Translations under genes and position numbers: made by a program | DNA from: an archaeon | GTDB lineage: Archaea; Asgardarchaeota; Thorarchaeia; Thorarchaeales; Thorarchaeaceae | DNA length: 36,275 bases | Assembly (NCBI GenBank): GCA_024276825.1 | Contig: JAJRWI010000080.1 | Location: forward strand, 1 to 36,275 | Reading direction: 5' to 3' | Shown here: positions 29,259-36,275 of the stretch, one piece after another | Numbering within the stretch: the first letter of the stretch is position 1 | Layout of the letters: every line of letters starts with the position of its first letter | The notes under the pieces: model-generated | What the model was told of the DNA's origin: nothing | What the model saw: the letters and a program-made list of their open reading frames with translations, nothing else | The model's database searches: none

Positions 29259-31766
29259 CTAAGGCAGATAGCTTGATTGATACCATATTAAGCCCTCAGG
29301 GGGACCTGATGTTATCACGAAATAGTAGATTCCTATTTCAGGCCCTATCAGCTGTACGGTTTGGCTATCTGCCGTTAGAAAGAATTCATGAATTATTGTC
29401 AGATTATAACTCAAGATTAGTCCTGTAAACTCTGCACCTGTTGGAATCTCTGCATAGAAGTCATAATTGTAGCTTGAATTCAAGAAAGAATAGCCAGCAA
29501 GAATGCCTCCATAAATGTCCCATGGTGTAGGGCACATTAGATATGGATAGCTATCCCTAATGGGATTCATTGCATTCGGGGGTGTTTCATTCGCTGGAGT
29601 CACTGTCATGGTAATATTGAATGCAGTGTCATTCAAATTCTGCTTGATGACGATCAACTTTGTCAAAGAAGCAGAACCTGCGTCAGGGTCGAGGATGTAT
29701 CCAGGCCAAGCATTATTAAGAATCTCAACGAATTGAGTGTCATTTGTGCCATCTGACCAATATCGAATTATTGTTATATTAAGATGTTTATTATTGCCTC
29801 CACTCCAATTAAGAAACATTGAGAATGAGGTGCTATTGTTGATGTTAATTACTTCAAAAGCAGACTCTTCAGGTTGTAATTCGACAGTGTCGTTAAGAGC
29901 TTGACCCTCATATGTCATGCTCAAAGTCTTGTTATAATCGGGAGTGATGGTCATTGTGATACGTTGGGTATATCGTGTTGTAACACCTTTAATGACCCAG
30001 ATTCTTGAGATCCGCTTAGGTGCGTTTGGATTGAGATGGATAATGCCAGTTTTGCTCGTTGAATTCATATGAATAATGATGGTTTCATTAGTCCCATCTT
30101 CATAAAATACCAAAACTGATGCCACCCATTTGTCACTAGAGTAGGACCAATTAAGCCGCAGGGTGAATGGAGATTCTCCAGTGATATTCACCTCTTCAAT
30201 CACGGCACCACCCTTGCCCCTTACCCATACTGTGTCATTCAGAGCACCATCAGTGTAATTCATTCGAACATGTGGCTCATACAATGGCACACCATTTGCC
30301 TTATGCGCATCAAGAATTAGCCAGCTCCAAAATCGAATCAAGGCTTGTTCAAGAGTCATGTTCAATACTCTTTGAAGCGCGGTTTCAGGCGACACGTTTC
30401 TGGAATCGCCACTGCCATAATATTTAGTTTCATTGAATATTCTTAGAAGGGTATTGGGACCAAATGTTTCATTCAGCCATTTTGTGAACAAGAATGAAGC
30501 CATGTAATCATTCCATGTGCCCACCCATCTTTCGAATGGACTACTTGCATTCAAGTCTCTATAATGATCAAACCAGTTAAGACTCCCAAGGCGCTTTGCC
30601 ATTCGCATCCATGATGTCATAGTCATATTGGGATAGTTCCTTAACATTGATGTCATGCCCCAGAATTCAGCCTGCCCTTCAACAAACCATCTGGAGTAAA
30701 ACCACACATGGCGAAATGTTCCAGTTGAGTCATTATATCTCTTAAAATGGAATTGATGCATCATTTCATGTTCGCCTACGAGCTTGAGCTCTTCCCTTGT
30801 GGCATTAGTTCCCACTCGAAATATAATGGTACCATTAGGATTAGCCGAGGCAGTAGACTCTACTGATGTTGATGATACTAGACGTACTCGGATCCTTCCC
30901 TGACTGTCTTTATTTGGTTCGCCAAAACCTAACTGTCTATAGAGATTAACTGAGAAGTTGATGTGTTCAGAGATGAGATTAATAACAGAGCGGTTGACTC
31001 CTGGCCCAGCTCTAACTGTGATATTATCACCCTGCATAAGGGATTCATCGAATCCAGTGGTCTGAATATCAGTTCTTACTCCATTGATGAACCAAATCTC
31101 ATCTCCACCATATTGTCCTGATGTGTAAGATATGAGAGCATTTGGTTCTCCAGGTGTCATTGGGCCTGTTACCCAAGAATCAGACAAATCATCACTCGGA
31201 AAGTATGAGAGAGACTCATCAGAGGCAGGAGGGTTCGGACCATCCATTGCATCATTCCAATCACCAAGGATAGGATCTCCATTGCCACCGCCATACCTCA
31301 TGAAATCAACCAAAAGTCCACTTGCGTCGTGAATACCAACTTCATCACCCGACGGGTCCAAAATACTCGAGTTAAGACCTGCATAGACAGTAGCCTGATT
31401 ATCGTTGATATCCAAGTCATTTGTCCCAACACCCGTAAATACTCGCAAATAGAGATACTTGCTATTTCCAGTGAGAGTTGGCAGAGTGATGATATCATCA
31501 TCATATGTCGTTAGAATCCAGTTAGTCATGTCTGGAAGCTGTCCAGTTGTAAAGAGTTCAATGAATTCATCTTGCGTGGATTCATCAGGATGAACCTCAT
31601 TTATGATAACTAGACTCTTATCTTGGGATGGGTCATCTACAAGCTCAGTTTCATCTGGTGGAGTCTGTGGACCACGATATAATATGAAAACACTAACACC
31701 AGCCAAGAGGATAATTATAACTAGTGCAACAGCGGCGCGTTTCATTAGTATGAACCTCGCAGACAA
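29259..31766 (-). CDS. Membrane-anchored/secreted protein: lamin-tail-like domain + gluzincin metallopeptidase + tandem beta-rich domains
   Basis: N-terminal TM; VIINEV...EFIEL...W.L (LTD); HEMMH plus downstream WFVEGQAE; many N-x-S/T sequons; start may be the ATG at 31745. Confidence 0.72.
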   Translation of the reverse strand: MSARFILMKRAAVALVIIILLAGVSVFILYRGPQTPPDETELVDDPSQDKSLVIINEVHPDESTQDEFIELFTTGQLPDMTNWILTTYDDDIITLPTLTGNSKYLYLRVFTGVGTNDLDINDNQATVYAGLNSSILDPSGDEVGIHDASGLLVDFMRYGGGNGDPILGDWNDAMDGPNPPASDESLSYFPSDDLSDSWVTGPMTPGEPNALISYTSGQYGGDEIWFINGVRTDIQTTGFDESLMQGDNITVRAGPGVNRSVINLISEHINFSVNLYRQLGFGEPNKDSQGRIRVRLVSSTSVESTASANPNGTIIFRVGTNATREELKLVGEHEMMHQFHFKRYNDSTGTFRHVWFYSRWFVEGQAEFWGMTSMLRNYPNMTMTSWMRMAKRLGSLNWFDHYRDLNASSPFERWVGTWNDYMASFLFTKWLNETFGPNTLLRIFNETKYYGSGDSRNVSPETALQRVLNMTLEQALIRFWSWLILDAHKANGVPLYEPHVRMNYTDGALNDTVWVRGKGGAVIEEVNITGESPFTLRLNWSYSSDKWVASVLVFYEDGTNETIIIHMNSTSKTGIIHLNPNAPKRISRIWVIKGVTTRYTQRITMTITPDYNKTLSMTYEGQALNDTVELQPEESAFEVININNSTSFSMFLNWSGGNNKHLNITIIRYWSDGTNDTQFVEILNNAWPGYILDPDAGSASLTKLIVIKQNLNDTAFNITMTVTPANETPPNAMNPIRDSYPYLMCPTPWDIYGGILAGYSFLNSSYNYDFYAEIPTGAEFTGLILSYNLTIIHEFFLTADSQTVQLIGPEIGIYYFVITSGPPEGLIWYQSSYLP

Positions 31767-31906
31767 ATAGAAGTTAATAAGAGTTAATGCATATGCTAAT
31801 AAGCCTTGCGTCGATATTGTATTCCAAAATGAGCTATTTAATCCCTTCTTGAATAATCATGTTTCAGATTAGACTATATCAATGGAACTTGCGTGGGCAT
31901 TGAACT

Positions 31907-31955
31907 GAAGCAGGCTGAAATACCATCATGATCATGGAATTCCAATGCCTGCTTC
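31907..31955. other. Stem-loop downstream of mtd
   Basis: GAAGCAGGC...GCCTGCTTC 9-bp arms with inner CCAT/ATGG pairing, about 20 nt after the mtd stop. Confidence 0.4.
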
Positions 31956-31974
31956 GAGAGATTATTGGTTTATT

Positions 31975-32838
31975 CTATTTTGGCTTGTCAAATAGTTTAG
32001 TCTTGGATAGTCTCTTGCCTGATGAACCGTGAGGAGTGCGAAGAACACTATCGCCGGCTTTCTCAATCTCCCGTGCCTCATCAGCAAGTTTAGATGCTGC
32101 TCTTAGCACCTCGTGGGCAGCGGTTACCATTGGAATGTATTTCTCTGGCCTTTGCTCCTTGAAACATCCCTTTGTTGTTATGCCAGCCACTACGGGCAAT
32201 ATCTCAAGTGCGGCATATGCCTTTGCATATGCATAAGGATTAGTGAATCCACCAGCTTCAAGTGCCTTAGCAGTCTTTAAGGTGATTTTTGGAAGCTCTA
32301 GTTCTTTTCCATCTTTTAGAGAATCAATGAGTTTATCCATTTCTATCTGAATAAAGCGGATAACACCAGTTGTAGAGAGAACCTTGATCAGTTCTGCGTT
32401 AAAGAGAGCCATCTCGGAAGGATCTAGGAACTCTTTTCGCGCGCCTATCATAGGATCCATGGGCAACACAATGAACCCGCTGTTGTCAGGAACAGAAACA
32501 ACACTCTTCCCCTCTTCATTCTTCTTGTAAAATGCTTTCTTAGAAGGTGCGTCTGATATTGATACTATGGGGATATTCTTGCCTAGCAGAATCTCTCGTG
32601 CCCTAGTTGGCCCAGGCAGTGCCGCATTTGGACTCACAATAAACACAAGCTGCGGCTTCATCTCTGCCATTCTATTTGCAGAATATTCACAGGCATCAGG
32701 TTCAAGCTTCGCACCAGATCCCGCAGATACCACCGCGATATCCTTTCTCTCTGCACGTTCATCCATTATGAGATCAAGAAGCGGTGCAGCTCCAATACAA
32801 CCAAGTTTTAAAACACCTATCCTTACAAGGTCGGTCAA
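31975..32838 (-). CDS. mtd: F420-dependent methylene-H4MPT dehydrogenase
   Basis: KLGCIG...DERAER.DI...GSGAK, SPNAALPGP, DPMIGARKEFLDP.EMALFN, NPYAYAKA, RTPH; GGAGG RBS. Confidence 0.95.
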   Translation of the reverse strand: MTDLVRIGVLKLGCIGAAPLLDLIMDERAERKDIAVVSAGSGAKLEPDACEYSANRMAEMKPQLVFIVSPNAALPGPTRAREILLGKNIPIVSISDAPSKKAFYKKNEEGKSVVSVPDNSGFIVLPMDPMIGARKEFLDPSEMALFNAELIKVLSTTGVIRFIQIEMDKLIDSLKDGKELELPKITLKTAKALEAGGFTNPYAYAKAYAALEILPVVAGITTKGCFKEQRPEKYIPMVTAAHEVLRAASKLADEAREIEKAGDSVLRTPHGSSGKRLSKTKLFDKPK

Positions 32839-32941
32839 TGTTCAACCTCCTAAATGAGAATTTGTGTGTTTGGTGGATAAAACGGTTGTGGTTGAATTGC
32901 TGTCTATCATCAGATTGAGTTTCAAGGCCATTGAAGAGTAT

Positions 32942-34525
32942 CTATTTGAGATTCGTGATGTTTTTAATAAATTCTAGAGACCATTCATCATCTTGTTGAT
33001 AATCATGGCCTAAGCTCAACGCAACCTCTGCTTTCATTAGCTCTGCGCCGAGATACGCTGCATGTTCAGGATTGCCCACCAATCCTCTATTAACAATCTC
33101 TTTCAAAAGTGCAGTAGACTTGTCAGAAGCAAGTCGTTGAATGTTTCCTTGGCCATCCCTATGCTCGCAGAGTACTAGTCCAGCTTCACGGTCGACACTG
33201 ATTCGAAAGCAACCTAGAGGATCTGGCACGTAATCTAAGCTCACATCTTCTACAAGATGATAGGTATCATCAAACGATAGGGACTGAACACTGAATTCCC
33301 TGGACTTGCTTGCAAATGCTGTGATGCCAAGTTCTTTCGGTGGCGAAATATTCATCCTCGCAAGAAATGCCAGCTGTGCGGTTGATTGCAGTTCACTAAT
33401 GCACCCAAGAGTGGATGGCCTTTCTTCTGTTGATAGGAAGACAGCTATTCCCAGTTCAACACCCAAGAGTGAGAGAATTGCATTGATGCCCATCGTGTCC
33501 GAATCAATAAACTCGGTTACATTGGCGAATCCTGCAAGGAATGGGGTGTTTTGATCTAGTTTCCTGTATTCATGAAATGCCACAAGTGATTTCATCAACC
33601 CGGGCTGGATAGGGGCCTCCAAGATAGGGTCTGCAAGAATCTTCGAAAACCCATTCCGTCGTAATCGAGCGGATAACTCGTAACACTTGCGGGCTCGATC
33701 AATCGGCTCTAGTGGATATGCCCCCTTTGATACATTTGTTGGTAAACAGACAATTGCAATGTTTTCAGGAAGTCTAGTAAGGGCGTTAACATTTCCATAG
33801 TCAATAGAGAGCACAATCTCAGCACCAGCATCAACAGCGGCCATAATCTCTTTTGGATTAAGCGAGTCAATGCTTATGCTCACTCCAAGTTTTCTAATCT
33901 CATATGTGAGTTCTGCAATGCGTTCTGGATCGCTCTTTGAGATGGTGGCACCCAGATCTACGATGTCCGCATATTTCGCGTAATACTTCGCAGTGGCAAT
34001 ACATTGTTCAAATGGACGTGTTGTGGCATCAACGACCTCAGCCATTATTTTGGGGCGAACATCAATACCAATTACAAGACCTGAATCTAACTTGAAGTTC
34101 CTCACACCAAAAGTAGCATCATGTTCAGCCTTGCTAAGAAGACTTTTCATCTTCTCCAGAATATAATTGCTAAGAGCCATATCCGCTGGTGCAGAACCAG
34201 AGAGATCATTAATCACTTCATCAAGATTAGCAAGCAATAGCGGCAAGTTTGAAATATTGCGAGTGCCTTTAAGAACTGGAATTCCAAATTCATTCTCAAG
34301 TTCAGAGTAATCGCCCTGTGCCATGCCCGATACAAAGATGATGTCAGGCTTATTAACAGGCATATGTCTTGATAGATATCTCTGTACCATTCGAGGAGTG
34401 GTAAATGCAGCCACAGAGAGGGGCAGCATCCTTATTGATACTTCTGATTGGCCGCTCATTGTTTTTGCCAAATCTGAATAGGCCATCTTCCCCGTCAAGA
34501 GGAGTATTTCTCGATCATGTATCAT
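32942..34525 (-). CDS. Dihydropteroate synthase-like protein (TIGR00284; pterin-binding barrel + DUF4346)
   Basis: LLLTGKMA, VAAF.TP, MAEVVDA, SIDS, ADPIL, NVTE.ID.D..G.NA; C-terminal DP.G.F.I...HAAYLG.EL.KAE.AL..G..Y.QD. Confidence 0.88.
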   Translation of the reverse strand: MIHDREILLLTGKMAYSDLAKTMSGQSEVSIRMLPLSVAAFTTPRMVQRYLSRHMPVNKPDIIFVSGMAQGDYSELENEFGIPVLKGTRNISNLPLLLANLDEVINDLSGSAPADMALSNYILEKMKSLLSKAEHDATFGVRNFKLDSGLVIGIDVRPKIMAEVVDATTRPFEQCIATAKYYAKYADIVDLGATISKSDPERIAELTYEIRKLGVSISIDSLNPKEIMAAVDAGAEIVLSIDYGNVNALTRLPENIAIVCLPTNVSKGAYPLEPIDRARKCYELSARLRRNGFSKILADPILEAPIQPGLMKSLVAFHEYRKLDQNTPFLAGFANVTEFIDSDTMGINAILSLLGVELGIAVFLSTEERPSTLGCISELQSTAQLAFLARMNISPPKELGITAFASKSREFSVQSLSFDDTYHLVEDVSLDYVPDPLGCFRISVDREAGLVLCEHRDGQGNIQRLASDKSTALLKEIVNRGLVGNPEHAAYLGAELMKAEVALSLGHDYQQDDEWSLEFIKNITNLK

Positions 34526-34648
34526 TTGACCACCCGAATTATTTCATATGAGAAGAAAATGTTCGTATTATTCTTTCTTAATTTCAATACATCCAAGACT
34601 TTCATTGAATCATAAGACGTTTTATGTTCTAATGTCATCAGCAATATT

Positions 34649-35470
34649 GTGATTATATTGCACCCATTTAGACGATTACCAACTGTCCAGCTGACGCCTG
34701 ATAATGTGGTTGAAGAGGATGATCTTGTAGCAATCGAAACTGCATTGGAAGTAAGGATTGGCAATGAGTTTCTTGCAGCTTTTTTATGTAGCCCAGGCAA
34801 CGAGAAGGAGCTCGCCATTGGATATCTGCTCTCTACAGGTATTGTTCAACAGGCATCGGACATTAAACATATTGAGTTTTCAAACAATCGTTGCAAAGTT
34901 ATTATGATGAATGGGGCTAGTTTCAACAGGCAGAGGGCATTCTCTCAAATTAGGCGGTTCATTGGAACCGAGTGTTCAGCTCCAGAACTGCTTCGGGACC
35001 TGCGAACAGCTCAAGGTCTACCTTGCATAAAAAATGAAATCGATGTTTCTTTTGAACGAATGCAGAAGGGGATAAAGCTATTGAATGAATTGCAGGTAAA
35101 TCGCAGAAAGACTGGAGCGTTTCATGGAGCTCTCTTACATCACATAGAAGCGAACCAATATGTCATTGCTGAGGATCTTGGCAGACACAATGCTGTCGAT
35201 AAAGCAATTGGAATGGCGATAGTTCAGGGCATTGAACCTATGAGTTGTTTCCTTATCAGTTCTGGAAGGTTAACTGCAGACATTGTCAGTAAATGTGCAT
35301 GGACACGCATACCATTGCTTGCGTCATTTGCTGTGTCTACAGACGCAGGAGTAAAGTTCGCACAAAAGGCAAATATCACTCTGATCGGTTCGTTCAAGGG
35401 TCATAAGATGCGTCTATATAATCAAGGTGCGGCAAGTATTGTCTTTGAAAAAGCACAACAAAATAATTAA
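34649..35470 (+). CDS. fdhD: Formate dehydrogenase accessory sulfurtransferase
   Basis: CSP...ELAIGYL, TGAFHGA, EDLGRHNAVDKAIG, SSGR. Confidence 0.9.
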   Translation: MIILHPFRRLPTVQLTPDNVVEEDDLVAIETALEVRIGNEFLAAFLCSPGNEKELAIGYLLSTGIVQQASDIKHIEFSNNRCKVIMMNGASFNRQRAFSQIRRFIGTECSAPELLRDLRTAQGLPCIKNEIDVSFERMQKGIKLLNELQVNRRKTGAFHGALLHHIEANQYVIAEDLGRHNAVDKAIGMAIVQGIEPMSCFLISSGRLTADIVSKCAWTRIPLLASFAVSTDAGVKFAQKANITLIGSFKGHKMRLYNQGAASIVFEKAQQNN

Positions 35471-35551
35471 AGTCTTGAAAATTCGTGATTGTTCAGCAGA
35501 TACTGAGGAATACCGTTCAACCGTGAGTTCTAATTGCAGCCAAGAACAATT

Positions 35552-35869
35552 CTATTTTCCGCAACACTCACTTCCCGTTTGACAACCTTCATCTTCGGTG
35601 TAAGAACTCTTGCGTTTCGATAGGATTCTGGACATTTGGTTCCATATGCAACCACATCCGAAGTTAATTATGGATACTGCGTTTGAGGGACAGTTCTTGG
35701 CACAGGCAGTGCAGTTAGTACAATCCCAGGGTCGTGCTATTATTGCAGGACCAGTTTCAGGTAGCTCCCAAACATTGAATGGACAGACCTCAATGCACAT
35801 GCCACATCTTGTGCATGCGGATGAATCATAGACAACATCTGTTTGATGCTTTTGCTCTGAGATTGTCAT
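35552..35869 (-). CDS. HgcB-like 2[4Fe-4S] ferredoxin
   Basis: Two CxxCxxCxxxCP motifs, post-cluster GCGC and C-terminal CC as in HgcB; second motif is CTNCTAC rather than C(M/I)ECGA. Confidence 0.75.
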   Translation of the reverse strand: MTISEQKHQTDVVYDSSACTRCGMCIEVCPFNVWELPETGPAIIARPWDCTNCTACAKNCPSNAVSIINFGCGCIWNQMSRILSKRKSSYTEDEGCQTGSECCGK

Positions 35870-35873
35870 TTTA

Positions 35874-36275
35874 TCACCAATTAAGAATGAAAGCAGCCGA
35901 ATTAAAGGCTATCAGGAAAATTGCTCCCAATATTAGTATTAACAGCATATATGGAAACTCTGCTCTTATAGATTTCGGATCACTAATTGAAGTCATCCCC
36001 GCAAAGTCCATTGTCAATGTTATGGCAAGTATTAGTTGAACTGCTGTCCAATTGACAATAGTTGTCCAATATGAATTGAGAAACAGCATTATCAATAAGG
36101 CAAAGGGCACTGTAATTATGGCAAAGCCGAATCCCCTTCTGAGAAATGAATTATTGCGAGATGGCAGCAAGGGAAATATCAGTCCAAGTAACAATGTATT
36201 AGCGAAGAGTGCAAATACAAATTTACTGATCAAGACAATAATACCAATGCTCTGATTCAGGATACTGAAAAACAT
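35874..36275 (-). CDS. C-terminal membrane domain of an HgcA-like corrinoid protein, 5' part probably outside window
   Basis: IFPLLP...SF.RRG and LTMDFAGMTS.S....IRAE match HgcA TM-domain patterns (LLPWLP..F..KG; NFTG.T..TS.SGV..EM); stop lies 4 nt before the HgcB-like gene. Confidence 0.65.
   Translation of the reverse strand: MFFSILNQSIGIIVLISKFVFALFANTLLLGLIFPLLPSRNNSFLRRGFGFAIITVPFALLIMLFLNSYWTTIVNWTAVQLILAITLTMDFAGMTSISDPKSIRAEFPYMLLILILGAIFLIAFNSAAFILNW

Noticed and set aside
31100-31620. Lamin-tail-like domain as a eukaryotic lamin homolog
   Set aside because: No coiled-coil rod; LTDs are common in prokaryotic secreted hydrolases.
31907-31955. Hairpin as a SECIS element
   Set aside because: No properly spaced AUGA/GA core, and no in-frame TGA candidate in mtd or its neighbours.
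1-36275. CRISPR array, tRNA/rRNA, transposase or integrase
   Set aside because: No regularly spaced repeats, RNA gene signatures or recombinase motifs found by eye.

Overview
Archaeal chromosomal segment, most likely Asgard (Thorarchaeia-like). This is inferred from tandem Rab-like small GTPases, F420-dependent Mtd, an archaeal AbrB-PhoU regulator, a bacterial-type ATP-PfkA and frequent GTG/TTG starts. It is mostly housekeeping and transport: DUF389, LysE, Pcp, FetAB-like ABC, FAD oxidoreductase, CorA, PfkA, VapBC-like pair, GNAT, full pstSCAB-phoU, FeoB with DtxR-FeoA, PAS and EamA genes. It also holds a membrane-anchored multiheme cytochrome c and a C1 cluster (mtd, DHPS-like, fdhD). Main observations: (1) an hgcA-like (3' part only) plus hgcB-like gene pair at the right edge beside the H4MPT/pterin genes; (2) two separate loci with the same layout, intact housekeeping gene, then surface-protein cargo, then a decayed diverged copy of that gene's 3' part (pfkA and mtd), with no integrase in view; (3) a Rab-like GTPase that apparently needs a CTG start; (4) non-canonical CxxCM and CX5CH heme motifs. 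No rRNA, tRNA, CRISPR array or transposase was seen.
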